The notes under the pieces were generated by a model, which was not told the DNA's origin, ran no database searches, and saw only the letters and a list, made by a program, of their open reading frames with translations. DNA of 64,000 bases, from contig OZ024743.1 in NCBI GenBank assembly GCA_964016885.1, forward strand, positions 81,902,001 through 81,966,000, read 5' to 3'. This DNA comes from Eledone cirrhosa (taxonomy: Eukaryota). Made by a program: the position numbers and the translations under genes. Numbering within the stretch: the stretch's first letter is position 1; each line of letters opens with the position of its first letter. This document shows, piece by piece, positions 42,344 to 59,399 of this stretch.

Positions 42344-42435
42344 ACATATCTGAGGAGCTTCCGATTCCAGCGTCAGTTTCGATTATTAATCGATCGTTCC
42401 TCGAGCTGATTGACAGTGAAACATATGTAATATGT
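42344..42435 (+). ncRNA. Canonical type I hammerhead with long stem II
   Basis: acatat-CTGAGGA-gct..gtcagtttcga..tcgagctgat..agt-GAAA-catatg-TA^-atatgt. Confidence 0.8.
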
Positions 42436-42513
42436 AATTAAATATGTATATGATGCGACACTGATTCTTTGTTCCCTTATAAATTAATACTATATATTAA
42501 CACTATATATTAA

Positions 42514-42601
<88 letters not shown>

Positions 42602-42827
42602 ATATAATTATTATAGCCAACCCTCAAGGCTAACGAAACATACGTACCTGGCATGGTGCTGTTGTAACTGGATTTTATAATTATATTCAAACTTGCCCTT
42701 CGGATTTGAGTTGTTCTATAACAGAGATTTTTTACCTACTTATTAATACTATATATATTGTTTTTGTTTCTACCACTGCCCACTCTCTTCTATTTGTCAT
42801 TTCTTCTTTAATTTAACTTCTGATTCT

Positions 42828-42946
42828 ATTTTCTGATAAAGGACTAGAGTCTGAAACGTTAAACTACATTTCCTACAATATCAAACGCAAAACTAATATT
42901 TTCTTCATTGTACTGTCTTTTGCTTTGTTATTTCTATTTGCCTTTC
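42828..42946 (+). ncRNA. Family E hammerhead-like motif plus tail
   Basis: ttt-CTGATAA-a-ggac taga gtct-GAAA-cg-TT^-aaa. Confidence 0.55.
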
Positions 42947-42964
42947 ACACACACACACACACAC

Positions 42965-43125
<161 letters not shown>

Positions 43126-43370
43126 AGGTCATCTTTTTATACATGTATCGTGGAAGCAATGTCTAAACACCAGTTTCAATTTCTTTACAAGAATCTTCTA
43201 CATTCTGACAAGGTCTCTAATATTACTAAGTCCATAATTTTGTCAACTTTGCACCCTTTTTTATTACAATCACATGTGTTTGTAAGTGAAGGTTACTATG
43301 TGAAGCTGTAATAGTCATATATTACAATAGAAATAAAAGATTCTACTAACCAATTAAAATGTTACATATT

Positions 43371-43416
43371 TTGTCTAATGACCCTGTGATAAACAGGCGA
43401 AACTCTACAGTAACAA
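43371..43416 (+). ncRNA. Family F hammerhead with G5A core change
   Basis: ttgt-CTAATGA-ccctgt gataa acaggc-GAAA-ctctacag-TA^-acaa. Confidence 0.6.
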
Positions 43417-43445
43417 GACTCACTATTTAGCCTATTAACATTGAA

Positions 43446-43487
<42 letters not shown>

Positions 43488-43579
43488 TGTAGCTACGTGG
43501 TGTATAAGTATCATCATTAGGTTTATTCAGTTACAAACCATTAAACTATGTTTACTATGTGTTTGGTTGGAGGCCCTCC

Positions 43580-43880
43580 GTCGTTTACGGCGAGTTCTCC
43601 AGTTGATTCAATCAACAAAACTGCCTGTCCGTGAAAGTAGCTGAGCATTCGACAAACATATGAACCCTTAACGTAGTTCTCAGGGAGATTTAGCGGAACA
43701 TTATATGTGATTTGGCAGACCCCTTGAATTACAGGTACAACTCATTTTTACCAGCTGAGTGGACTGGAGCGACATGAAATAAAGTGTCTTGCTCAAGGAC
43801 ACAGCGCGCTGCACTGTTCAAGTATCAAAATCACGACCTTACGTTTTTAAACCAGACACTTTAATCACAAAGCCACGCTT
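43580..43880 (-). mobile_element. SINE family S2
   Basis: cagctgagtggactggagc..gaaataaagtgtcttgctcaaggac shared with 23663 and 58430. Confidence 0.8.
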
Positions 43881-44375
43881 GAGATCTAAACCATTATATT
43901 ATCTGGTCCTAATTCTAGAATTGAAGTGTGGAACAGTGACATTATGTTCAGTCATCAGTCCAACTCAGAATGCCAACCTTTCGTGCTACCCTCCCATCTT
44001 CACACCAACAAATAGTTATATTTCCTTCGACCGCTCCAAGTAGTTTATTTCTTTCATTGATGCAAACTTCTTAGTTTAGCATCGTTGGTCTGCTAAAAAT
44101 TCTGTGAGGTGACCCTCGTTGGAATCAAAGGAGACACGTGTTTGAGGACAAATGTCCTTCAGAAAACCAATGTGGATCCCTGGTGATTTTTTCCAGATAT
44201 ACCTCGATATATATACATATATATTTTATAGTATACCGTAAGGATCGTGTCACATGTACGTCAATACTCATCCTTTTCTCCATTCACAGGGTTTTTTAAA
44301 ATCCCAACTAACAGACTAATTTTATTTCGTAAAATACGGCGCAAGCACATCTTACTACCTATTTTTTATATTCAC

Positions 44376-44471
<96 letters not shown>

Positions 44472-44475
44472 ATAT

Positions 44476-44510
<35 letters not shown>

Positions 44511-44671
44511 ATCTATATTATATATTTATGTACGTATGTATGTATGTATATGTATATTATATATATATATTTAAATATACATGCATATAATTTGTGTGGG
44601 TTTAGATATTATATGTATATATATATTTATATAAATATATATATATATATACATATATATATGTATATATA

Positions 44672-44759
<88 letters not shown>

Positions 44760-44771
44760 GAAGTTCCTATA

Positions 44772-44833
<62 letters not shown>

Positions 44834-44836
<3 letters not shown>

Positions 44837-44910
44837 CGAAGGAAATGTGGTAAGGGACCAGGTGGACCATAACGCACCAAAGTACTCAATACTTGGGGTA
44901 GTAGAGTGGG

Positions 44911-44914
<4 letters not shown>
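44834..44914 (-). mobile_element. Family B tail-only copy (others at 28459-28530 and 51592-51670; arm-only copy at 36328-36384)
   Basis: Homology to 16625-16705. Confidence 0.75.
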
Positions 44915-44964
<50 letters not shown>

Positions 44965-45024
44965 GAAGTTCCTATATATATGTATATATATATATATATA
45001 TATGGGTGTGATGGGTGTGTGTGT

Positions 45025-45160
45025 GTATCCCGTGTTCAATCGGGAGCTAACCACAGTAAGGTACTCAATACATAGAAAAGTATATTATAATGTTTAATAT
45101 AGAAATTGATTCTACAAGACTGGAACAAGTCTTGTAGAAGACATTTCTATATTAAACATT
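45025..45160 (-). mobile_element. Family A remnant with a short fold-back
   Basis: Reverse-complement family A tail, then ttctacaagact ggaaca agtcttgtagaa. Confidence 0.7.
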
Positions 45161-45244
45161 ATATATATATATCTATATCTATATATATATATATACATAC
45201 ATACATATATACCATATACATACATATATACATACATACATACA

Positions 45245-45278
<34 letters not shown>

Positions 45279-45301
45279 CCATATACATACATATATACAT
45301 A

Positions 45302-45353
<52 letters not shown>

Positions 45354-45593
45354 ATAGTAATTTTGTATACATGAATGAATTCCTGCCACTGTATTGTACT
45401 AGGGAACAAATAACAATAAAAAACGTATTCGATGAGAATCGTATTTTCAATTCAGACTAAATTACAATTTCAAACTAAACACACACGCCTCTGTATGTAT
45501 CTCCAAATATATACGTACACCTATGTAAGTGAGTGTGTGTTCATATATATATATTCATTTATATATTCATTTATATATATATATATATATATG

Positions 45594-46460
<867 letters not shown>

Positions 46461-46659
46461 TTATATATATATATATATATATTTACGCACGTGTGTATAT
46501 TTACAAGCACACGCACACACGCGTGTATATATGAATATATATATATATATCAACACGTGACACTCATACGCTCACAAGTGGGTGTGAGTGTATATATATG
46601 TGTGTGTGTGTGTGTGTGTATATATATTTATGTACATATTTACATATATATATATATAT

Positions 46660-47850
<1,191 letters not shown>

Positions 47851-48269
47851 ATTTAAGAAAATGGCTGAATACAATAAATGTAATCTGAGTTTTTCGAATA
47901 TTAATAATAATATTAGATTCGTTTACAATTATGCAAACAAGCCTCATTTTTAAAGCCATGTCAGTAGAATGAGCCCCTCATTCTAGCACTTGCGTTGACA
48001 TGTAAATAGAAATATATATATATATATATATATATTTACAGAGTGAGAGAAATAGATAAATTGATGGGCAGTTACTAGTTAAGTCTAGTGAATGTATTAT
48101 GAAGACTTTCTGCTCCACGGCTGAGCTCTTACCGTATCGAGAGCACACACACACACACACACTCACACATATATATATATATATCTATATATATAATATT
48201 TAATATTATATATGTTATACTATATGTGCGTGTGTGTGTTTACAATATATCCTAAATCTAAATTTACCG

Positions 48270-48326
<57 letters not shown>

Positions 48327-48338
48327 ATACATACATAT

Positions 48339-48441
<103 letters not shown>

Positions 48442-49039
48442 AATCTTAGACGGGAACAAAAACAGAGGCCAGTACAAATATGAGTTTATTAGCTTCACAG
48501 TTTTGAGAATTAGTTTACTATATCAACATATATATATACATATTTATATCTACATATATATACATATATATATCTACATATATACATACATATTATATAT
48601 ATCTACATATATAAATATACATATATATATCTACATATATACATACATATTATATATATCTACATATATATAGATATATTTAGTTTCTTTACAATATACA
48701 TCCATCTGTTTACTGTAATTACTTTGTGATTGTGTGTGTATATGTTTGTGTGTGTTTGTGTGGAGACTTTTTTGCGTGTGTTTCTGTGTACATGAGTGTG
48801 TGTGTGTGTGTATGTTTGTGTGTGCGTGTTTGTGTGTATATGGTTGTGTGTATGTGCGTATATGGTTGTGTGTATGTGTGTATATGTTTATGTGTGTCAT
48901 GTTTCATTACATTTTACTTTATATATTTACTTCAATCCATTTCATGGAAATTATTTTTTTTTGTTTTTTTCAAGGCGTGCCAAATATTTATTATTATTAT
49001 TATTAATTTTTTTTTTTTTGTAAATCCTTTGTGGTTAAT

Positions 49040-49320
49040 AAAGAAATCCTATATTACTCCCACAAAATTGTTGGCCTTGTGCCTAAATCAGGAACAATTA
49101 TTTAGGCGCTGGATTGGCAGAATAGTTAACGTGACGGATGAAATATATTGCAATATTTTTACGGCCCTTTACGTTCAAATTCCACCGGGGTTAAAACTGT
49201 GTCTTTCATCCTTACTGGGTCGATAAAATAATGTATCAGTAATGTACTGGAGTCGATTTCACCGACATCCTCCTTCTCTTCAAATTGCTGACCATGTGCC
49301 AAAAGTAGAAACAATTATTT
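49040..49320 (+). mobile_element. SINE S1-related copies, degenerate
   Basis: ggattggcag..gttcaaattcc..ctttcatccttactgggtcgataaaat..gtagaaacaatt. Confidence 0.75.
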
Positions 49321-49654
49321 TCATGTATATATCCAAAGATTTACGTTCCAACATAAATTGAAAGTACATTTTAAAATCGTTTGTTTTATTTCTTTTTATT
49401 TTATTTATTTATTTATTTAGTTATTACATACAAATATTGAAGCATCTAACAGTGCGCTTCTCTTAACCTTTTGGTAATAAACCACCTGAAAACATGCCTG
49501 GTTCTATGATACAAAACATTTTATTTTATAGTGTTTTTATATTAATTTAAAATCCTTCCATCTTAAATTAAGTTCAAAACTTAGTTACAGTACTATAAAC
49601 TTTCATTGTCTACTTTGTATATGTGTCGTCCGAACGAATATCTTCCACCTCCAA

Positions 49655-49860
49655 CTAACTTACCCTCCACCTCTTGGTCCTGGCCGATATGATGGAGAAT
49701 ATATTGCCTCGGTTGACGGCGTGGGAGACGCGCTGGAACAGCCACTCCATCTCGCGGGGCACGTGGGCAGCCAACTCCGCTCCGATAGGAGGTGATGTGG
49801 TTCGGGTGCCAAGAACGCCGGCAGTCTCCACTACTATAGGCTGTACCACTTTCAAATATT
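49655..49860 (-). pseudogene. CRE-like non-LTR retrotransposon C-terminal (restriction-like endonuclease) fragment
   Basis: PIVVETAGVLG...EWLFQRVSHAVNRGNIFSII fits the P.A.ET.G..G ... QR.S.A.QRGN motif. Confidence 0.7.
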
Positions 49861-50179
49861 ACATTACTAAATCTTTCCAAAGTCTTTTGTTAGAAATATG
49901 GTAACGAAACAAGAATTAGTTTTAGTTTTATTTCGTCTACAAAACTGAATTGTCGACCATTTCAAAGTAAAAAGTGTTAAAGGAAGGAGACGGAGAGATG
50001 AGCGACTGATTATAACGAAGGTTATTTTGTCCAGAAAAGGCCTCATTTGTATTTCGGAATCCCCGAGTAAAATATATAATACATGTTGAGCAAGCAGGAA
50101 TGTGAGATATTCTGACACAACATATCCAGTGGCTACCCTCCACCCGTATGTTGGTGGGTAAACCCAAATATTTTTCAGG

Positions 50180-51035
50180 TTTCAAATCTCGCCGAGGTTA
50201 GCTTTACCTTTCATCCTTATGAGGTCGATGAAATAAAGTACCAGTAATACATTGGGGTCGATTTAATCGACTTTCCCCACCCCTTCAAATTGCTGGCCTT
50301 GTGCCTAAAGTAGAAACAATTATTATTATTATTATAGACAGTTATATCTGCAGAACGCCAGCCTCTACTCATGACTTCTGCCAAACAAACCATACTCACC
50401 CTCCATATTCAGTAAATCAAACGTGGACCACCCAAACCACAATAGGGTGGTCGATTGGCAGAATTGCTAGGGTGTCCGATTAAATCCTATTGCGTCATTT
50501 AATCTGGCTTTTTAAATTCTGCATTCAAGTCAACTTCATAATATAGTATCAGTCAAGTACTGGGGTGGTTTAATCAACTAACCCCCCCCCCCCCCCCGCA
50601 CACACACACATTGCTGGACTTATGACAGATTTGGAAATCAGTATTACTATATTATTATTTACATTATGGGCGGTGGATTGGCAGTATCGGTAGAGGGTCG
50701 GACGCCATGATTTGACGCATAGAGTTACAGTCCTTGCCATTCTGAGTTCAAATCCTGCCGAGCTTAACTTTGCCTTTCAACCTTACGAGGTCGATAAAAT
50801 AAAGTGCCAATAATGTAGTGGATTAATTGCTGGCCTTGTGCCAAAAGTAGAAACAATTATTATTTACATTATGAGTTCAAATCCCCCCAAGGTTAGCTTT
50901 GCCTTTCATCCTTACGGGGTCGATAAAATAAAGTACTGGTCACACACTGTGGTCAATTTAATCGAGTTCACCCCCACCCCCCACCTCACAACATTGCTGG
51001 CCTTGTGCCTAAATCAGAAATCATTATTATTGTTA
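50180..51035 (+). mobile_element. Cluster of four head-to-tail S1 SINE copies
   Basis: Copies at about 50180-50335, 50447-50650, 50668-50862 and 50870-51035, each ending in attattatt. Confidence 0.85.
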
Positions 51036-51346
51036 TTCCATATTTGTCATTAAGTTTAAGCTATATATTATAGTTATTATCCGAACGAAATGTTAATAAC
51101 TATTTTTTCATTCAGTCGTTTTCTAAACACATAAATAAAAGATCATGGATATGTTATATATTCCTTCCTACCATTAATATATCTCCGTGGAATGGGGAGT
51201 GGGCAGACGTGTGCGCACGTGAACATGAATATATGTGTATTCGTGTGTATGCAAATGAATATATATCTCTATATATATAACTAACTGCCAATACTGGAAT
51301 TGAACCATCAAGACCGCTGAAGTATGTCATACATCAATTCATGTAA

Positions 51347-51406
51347 TTTATCTGACGAAGACGTACTGAAAAAACAGCACAGTACCTTCGAAATATATAT
51401 AATAAA
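51347..51406 (+). ncRNA. Canonical type I hammerhead
   Basis: tttat-CTGACGA-agac gtactg..cagtac cttc-GAAA-tatata-TA^-ataaa. Confidence 0.8.
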
Positions 51407-51455
51407 ACATATATTTTGATTATGTGAATGTCTTCATTTATTAATATTCTGAATA

Positions 51456-51528
<73 letters not shown>

Positions 51529-51667
51529 TAGATATATATATAGATATGTATATATATATATACATATATATATATACATATATATATATATAGGATAAAG
51601 TACTACCCTGAGTATTGAGTACTCTGGTGAGTTATGGTCCATCTGGTTCCTTACCACAATTCCTTCG

Positions 51668-51715
<48 letters not shown>

Positions 51716-51889
51716 ATAGAATCAGTTTGAAACTAGTTAGAACTTTACTCAAAAAAGTACTCAATACTTGGCGTAGTAGAGTATGACAATATTATAAACA
51801 GTCATATATATATATATGTGTGTGTGTGTGTGTATTTGAAAATGGAGTAAGGTTCTATACAAAACAGTAGTTATAGAGAAAAGGTGAAT

Positions 51890-52078
51890 CTGTTTTTCTT
51901 TTTGATTCGTCAGAGTGACATTATTGAACAAATTTAAAAGAAAGTTTATATATATCATATATTTTATATAATATACGTTATATATTTTATATACATTATA
52001 AAACTCTCTTTTTTTTAAAAAAAAATTGTCCTTCGTATTTTTTCAATAATGTCACTTTGACGAATCAAAAAGAAAAAA
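51890..52078. repeat. Inverted-repeat element
   Basis: ttttctttttgattcgtcagagtgacattattgaa / ttcaataatgtcactttgacgaatcaaaaagaaaa; a gtactcaatactt tail lies at 51757. Confidence 0.75.
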
Positions 52079-52139
52079 AGAAAAATAGATCCTTAAATAG
52101 ATTTTCCGTGCTATTTTCAATTCCACCTTTTCTCTCTCC

Positions 52140-52215
<76 letters not shown>

Positions 52216-52217
<2 letters not shown>

Positions 52218-52400
52218 GTTATTCCGGGTTGAATCGGAGGTAACCACAGTAAGTAAGGTACTCAATACATAGCAGAGTATAAAAGTTTTAATATAGATGA
52301 GATTTTACAGGACTAGAACTGTTTAATTCTTTAGAAATCATCGATGATTTCTAAAGAATGAAACAGTTCTAGTCCTGTATAATCTCATCTATATTAAAAC
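52216..52400. mobile_element. Family A palindromic element (centre catcgatg truncates both ribozymes)
   Basis: Near-identical to 60571-60773. Confidence 0.88.
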
Positions 52401-52434
52401 TATATATATATACACACATATATATATATATCAA

Positions 52435-52489
<55 letters not shown>

Positions 52490-52527
52490 AATATTATTTA
52501 TATATATATATATATATACACATATAA

Positions 52528-52577
<50 letters not shown>

Positions 52578-53234
52578 CAATATAATGTACTCGAACAAAA
52601 AACAAAACAAATAGAAGGATGCTTCGGATGAAGTAAATATATATATGTGTGTATGTGTGTTTATTTGTGTGTATATTTGTGTGTGTGTATAAAAAACACA
52701 GACAAGGTAAAATCTGTATAGAAATATAGATATAACTTATATAGTTATGTAAACATGTCAGTTGTACGTATTCATTTGTAAATTGGAATAAAAAGTATGA
52801 ATATTCTGCACCGATCTTCTCGCCTAATTGGGCCTCATTAGATAATATAAACTAGAAAGAAGTACTTAACTGAGGGTCTTAGAAAGAAAAGATAGAATTA
52901 TGCTAATTTACATATTTATAGAGTCAATGTACATAATGGATTATAACGTAAATTAATTATGTATGTATGTGTAAATATATATATATATATTTGGATATAC
53001 AAATATATATATAAATAAATTCATATACATATACGCACATATATATACACATATATATACATTTATATATAAATATACACATATATATATATATACATTT
53101 ATATACACATATGAACACATATATATACATTTATATATACATATATATTCATATACATATACATTCATATACATAAATATATTTGTACATTTATATTACA
53201 TATTTATACATACACACATGCATATATATATATA

Positions 53235-53285
<51 letters not shown>

Positions 53286-53586
53286 TTAGTTTTCCGAGCT
53301 TTTGCCATCATGTTACACATTTAGATGCTCAATATTTTGTCAATTTAATCCAACTTATAAAAGTTCACATCTGTATCCCATGTATTCGAAATGAAAAACC
53401 TTGTTCCTGCTTATTTGTGTTATTACATGCATCACGTCAACAGAGTAGGCTACGATATTTTGCTCAAACTGGCCTTCCAAGTGCGCTGCCAACGTCATGT
53501 TCCAAACTGCATTGCCAAGTGGCTGACGAGGCAGCGATGTATTTGTCTACTCTTGTTATGTAACTGTGTGCATTTTACACTGACAT

Positions 53587-53766
53587 TGTGGATTGGCAGT
53601 ATCGGTGGAGGGTCGGACGCCATGCTTTCTAGCATGGTTACGTCCCTTTACGATCTGAGTTCAAATCCCGCCGAGATTGACTTTGCCTTTCATCCTTACG
53701 GGGTCGATAAAATAAAGTACCAGTAATTCACTGGGTAATTGCTGGCCTTGTGCCTAAAGTAGAAAC

Positions 53767-53770
<4 letters not shown>
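53587..53770 (+). mobile_element. SINE S1
   Basis: Full match to the consensus. Confidence 0.88.
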
Positions 53771-53840
<70 letters not shown>

Positions 53841-53858
53841 GTATATATATGTATATAT

Positions 53859-53917
<59 letters not shown>

Positions 53918-53952
53918 TACACACGCATACATAGACACATATATATATATAT

Positions 53953-54266
53953 TCTCTTTTACTCTTTTACTCTTTTACATGTTCCAGCCATCCGGCTGAG
54001 GCCATGCTGGGGCACCGCCCTTGTTGCTACACATTTTATCTCCAGCCTTTATAGGTTGGCCACTGGTGTAAGAGGGAGTTTGTTGCTGCTGCCCTTAGGT
54101 TTCCCTCGCGCCTTGCTGTGGGCTCATCCGGGATCCTGGATAGCAAGGTGTCGAGATGTTTCTTGAAGACATCCACCTCCACGTCATGCAAATCTCTCAG
54201 ATCCCTCGGCAGCCTGTTGAAGAGTTGAGGGCCCTTGAATCCAAGGCTATTGTAATACCTGATCAT
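53953..54266 (-). mobile_element. CR1/L2-group LINE 3' end with (GTAAAAGA)n tail
   Basis: [39 protein letters not shown], then 3' UTR gggcggtgccccagcatggcc and an 8-mer tail. Confidence 0.85.
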
Positions 54267-54516
54267 ACATATATATACACATATATATACACATACATAT
54301 ACACAAACATATACATATATATATACATACACACACACACACATATATACACACATTTACATATATAAATATATATACACACATTTACATATATAAATAT
54401 ATATACACATATATACATACACACACATATATATATATATATATATAAACACGCAAATATATATATATACATACACACACATATATATACATATATACAT
54501 ACATGTATACATACAT

Positions 54517-54890
54517 GTATACAAATGTGATGTCATCTCAGGCCCTGATGAAGAGAGAAAGACGTATATCGGGATGACCTCCAACAACTTTAAGACCCGT
54601 TGGTACGCACACACCTATTCTTTTCGACACCTGGACAAGTCCAACCAAACTACACTCGCCGCCCATGTCTGGGACCTAAAAAGGAACTCCATCCCCTTTA
54701 CGCTCAAAGGAAACTACTCCAAAGATCGCGGTCTTACACAGGAGGCCATAAATGTTGTGACCTTTGTATTTCCGAGAGTTACGAAATACTATTCGCCAAA
54801 GGACTCTTACTCAATAGACTCTCAGAACACTGCCCGAACTGCATGCACAAAAACTCTGCAACTTACAAGTCATATAGACCAGTTCTTCCC
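54517..54890 (+). pseudogene. PLE GIY-YIG endonuclease fragment, frameshifted
   Basis: VYKCDVISGPDEERKTYIGMTSNNFKTRWYAHTYSF..TTLAAHVWDLK / YTGGHKCCDLCISESYEIL..LLNRLSEHCPNCMHK. Confidence 0.88.
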
Positions 54891-55361
54891 CTTGAACGAT
54901 GATCCCATATGACAACGGAATCGACATTAAACTTTAAACAGACTCCCCCACGCCCCCTCCCATCCCAACCCTACCTTCGTTTTGTTACCTTTCAAACTTA
55001 TAACTTATACTTTCCTTTTCTCTACTTGTATTTTATGTTACTTAATTTAAATTTATGTTATTTGATGGTTTTTCATATCTTGATTGTTTCCTTAAATTTT
55101 CCCCTTTGTGTATTTTTATGTGTTTATATATGTATAAACTTTAATCTGTTATTTTAATAAATATAAATATATATATATATTTATGTGTGTGTGTATATAT
55201 ATGTATGTGTGGGTGTGTATGTATGTGTCTGTATGTATATATATATATATATATGTGTGTGTAAGAGTGTGTATATATATATATATATATATGTATATGT
55301 GTGTGCGTGTATGTGTATATGTGTGTATATGTGTGTGTATATGTATGTATATGAATATATG

Positions 55362-55412
<51 letters not shown>

Positions 55413-55789
55413 GTGTGTGTGTGTGTATGTGTACGTATATGTATACACACACATGTGTGTATGTGTCTGTATATATGTATTTGTATGTGTGTGTATATAA
55501 ATATTTATGTGCGTATGTGTGTGTGTGTGTGTGCGCGCACGTGGGCGCGTGTGTGCTAGCGTGTGTGCTTGTACTAACCTACCACTTCCACAGATGTTCG
55601 ATCAACTACTGGATATACCTTTTGTTCAATATTGTATTATAGAATAAGGTAGTGTTTATTTCAATTGCAACTTGCCACTAAACTTCTTTCTCTAAATAAA
55701 TTTTGTTTTTTCTAAGAATCCCCATCCTTTAATCCCACCATGACCTCTATCCCCACCCCCCAACCACTTACCCTTCCCTTACCATGACA

Positions 55790-55952
55790 AAATGTATAAA
55801 TACCAGAAATGTACATTGACAGTCGGCTTTCTGATGATTCCGTCAGAATGAAACAGTTCTAGTCCTGTAGAAGCCATTTCTATATTAAATTTTACTCTGC
55901 TATGTATTGAGTACCTTACTTACTGTGGTTATCCCCGATTGAACCCGGGATC

Positions 55953-55953
<1 letters not shown>
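55790..55953 (+). mobile_element. Family A hammerhead element with upstream TATA-like box
   Basis: TATAAATA at 55795; ggcttt-CTGATGA-ttccgtcagaat-GAAA-cag ttctagtc ctg-TA^-gaagcc (55825-55875). Confidence 0.88.
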
Positions 55954-56035
<82 letters not shown>

Positions 56036-56136
56036 ATATATATACTGTATATGAATATATATATATATAATGTATATAAAATATATATATATATATATAC
56101 TGTACATGAATATATATATATATATATAATGTATAT

Positions 56137-56189
<53 letters not shown>

Positions 56190-56581
56190 GTATACATAAA
56201 TTTATATATATAATATATATACACGTACACATTTGTATATATATATAATATATATACACGTACACACTGGTTTATAAATATGCGCACATATACAAATATA
56301 TATGTTTGTGTATATGTGTGTGTAACATATTTGAAAGCCCAACAATGCGAATGACAAATCAGGGTTTTATTCGACGTTTCCAAGTTAAAAGTTCCTATTC
56401 AGAGAATGAACAGCAAAATGTCAGCATTAGAAATTCGATTTTGAAAAGGATATTTTAAAATCGATAAATTGAATAAAACTTATGTTTTAATCTTTCGCAT
56501 TGTTGGCTTTGAAAACCTTTCCAAGTTTCAATTATCACAGTGCTTCTAATATGCGTGCAACCTTATATAATATAAAATACA

Positions 56582-56652
<71 letters not shown>

Positions 56653-56653
56653 T

Positions 56654-56726
<73 letters not shown>

Positions 56727-56727
56727 T

Positions 56728-56759
<32 letters not shown>

Positions 56760-57044
56760 GACACACACACATATATGGGTGTGTGTGTGTGTACATATAT
56801 ATATAAAAATGTGTGCGTAAATATATATGCATATATATATAGAGATAGATCTGTGTGTAAGTAAACATATATATATATATCTATGTATATACACACATAT
56901 AAATACATTTACATATATATATAACTATATATATATATATTTAAACACACACACACACACACACGCACACATATATATATATATATATATACAGATCTAT
57001 TACATATGCATACATATGTTATCATATGTGTGGGGTGTGCGATA

Positions 57045-57220
57045 TAAATCAGGGTGGGGACCGCTGTCAGAAAAGGTACTCAATACGTCAGCAGAGTTTA
57101 AGTATATTCATTTAATTATAGAAATACCTTCTACAGGACTAGTCCTGTTTCATTCGTAACAATGAAGGTTTCTTACGAATGAAACAGTTCTAATCTACCT
57201 ATAAGTCTTTTCTATAATGA
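57045..57220. mobile_element. Divergent family A palindromic remnant
   Basis: ttctacaggactagtcctgtttcattcgtaa / ttacgaatgaaacagttcta. Confidence 0.7.
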
Positions 57221-57271
57221 AAGGAATATATATACATATCTGTCTCCCTCTCCATATATACATATAATATT

Positions 57272-57378
57272 AATATAATATTAATAAATGGAAGCTATCT
57301 TTATAAAACCATATATATTTTATTATATATACTTCAAGGGTACCAACATTTTGGTACGCTCTCATCAGATAAAATACA
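57272..57378 (-). mobile_element. Family C hammerhead element
   Basis: Minus strand attttat-CTGATGA-gagcgtaccaaaatgttggtaccctt-GAAG-tatata-TA^-ataaaat. Confidence 0.7.
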
Positions 57379-57382
57379 AAAG

Positions 57383-57493
<111 letters not shown>

Positions 57494-57809
57494 AAAAAAG
57501 ATGAAATCGAAAATGCAACTGGAGTCTTTTTAAGAATATTTATTTGGTTCCTTTACCGTTAATTAGTTCCTAATACTTAAACACGTCAATGAAAGAAATC
57601 TCTCCGAGAAGCAATATTAAAATTAAATGAGAAAAAAACTCTAATTACGAAAGAATAAAAAAGATAAACGGAAACGGAAAAGTCTTTCCGTCTATCTTGT
57701 TTATATTCCCGTAATTAGAATTTTTGCTCTCATTTAATTTTCATATATGAAACAGTTCTAGTCCTGTAGAAGCCATTTCTATGTTAAATATTATATAAAT
57801 ATATATATA

Positions 57810-57936
57810 TAATAATAATAATAATAATGAAATTATTGTGTACAATGCTCAGGTGCACTACAACTCATCAAAGGTGCATGTATAGTACATAGAATAATGT
57901 ACAAATGTCAGGAAAATGAACAGTGTATGAGTCATG

Positions 57937-57971
<35 letters not shown>

Positions 57972-58076
57972 TATTGTGTACAGTGCCCAGGTGCACCACA
58001 ACTCATCAAAAAGTGCATGTACAGTACATAGGGCAATGCACAAACATCAGTAAAATGAATAGTGCACGAGTCATGA
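57810..58076 (-). mobile_element. Two head-to-tail ~100-bp retroposon 3' ends with (TTA)n tails
   Basis: ttgtgtaca.tgc.caggtgcac.acaactcatcaaa.gtgcatgta at 57836 and 57974, each preceded by (AAT)n. Confidence 0.7.
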
Positions 58077-58128
58077 TACACACATATGTGCATGTGTATG
58101 TGTATATATATATATATATATATATAAC

Positions 58129-58195
<67 letters not shown>

Positions 58196-58224
58196 TGTAT
58201 GTATGTATGTATGTATATATAAAA

Positions 58225-58485
58225 GGGTAAAGACACCATTCAGCCACGAATGGCCATGGGTTTTGCACATAGAATTTTCCTCTCCACGGCACAAGTCTGG
58301 ACAAGGTTGTTTGAGCTAGACCAGCAGTAACTCATACATACCAGTACCCACTCTCCACTCCACTGATGATGTCCAAGGGAAAGACTCAGGCCAATACAGT
58401 GACACCAGTAACGTCATAACTCATTTGTACAGCTGAGTGAACTGGAGCAACGTGAAATAAAATGTCTTGCTCAAGGAGACAATGC
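58225..58485 (-). mobile_element. SINE with S2-type core; 3' part also at 62400-62470
   Basis: cagctgagtgaactggagcaacgtgaaataaaatgtcttgctcaagga; ccatggg..tagaa..ttc..ctcc..ggcacaagtc shared with 62427. Confidence 0.7.
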
Positions 58486-58501
58486 AAACTTACAACATCA
58501 C

Positions 58502-58567
<66 letters not shown>

Positions 58568-58743
58568 GGAGGGTCATATTTGTGTAATATTGCCAGAATT
58601 AATAACAGAACACACTCACTGTTTGGTTGGTTTTCGCTTCTCGCTTCTGTGTCTTTTATATCGGTAATCTAATATACTCGGTCCTCAATGTTGCCATTGA
58701 CTGACCGGCGGTCAAAAATAATACAGATACACATAATACAGAT

Positions 58744-58826
<83 letters not shown>

Positions 58827-59150
58827 CATAATCGGAGAAAGCTAAAAGCGATACTCCGGCCAAATTCCAACTCACTCAACAAACATTAGGAAATACCTGA
58901 GTATATTCCCAATTAAACGTTTGGGGTGCTAACTATATTGTATTGTGTGGATAATTGGCTGTATTATTTCATATGAGATATATGAAAAATATCATATATA
59001 TATATCATATATATATATATCATATATCATATATATATATATCATATATATATATATATATATCAAATATATCATATATATATACATATATATATATATG
59101 TGTGTGTGTGTGAATGTATATATGTATTTTTTTATATATATCTATATATA

Positions 59151-59231
<81 letters not shown>

Positions 59232-59399
59232 CGAGCGTGCAGATACCTTATTGATAAAGATATATATATATATATTAAACATTATATATATATATAAATA
59301 TATAATAACAACTGTAAGTGAGATATGGTGATTGGGATCGGTGGAGGGCGTTGGCCATGGATTCTTTGAAAAAGCTACAATCACCACCTTCCCCTAGTA

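Noticed and set aside
53290-53585. Unique, moderately GC-rich stretch as a possible host exon
   Set aside because: No recognisable protein motif in any frame and no convincing splice-site pair
54544-54560. CTGATGAagagaGAAA as a hammerhead
   Set aside because: No stem II or stem I pairing, and it lies within the GIY-YIG coding frame
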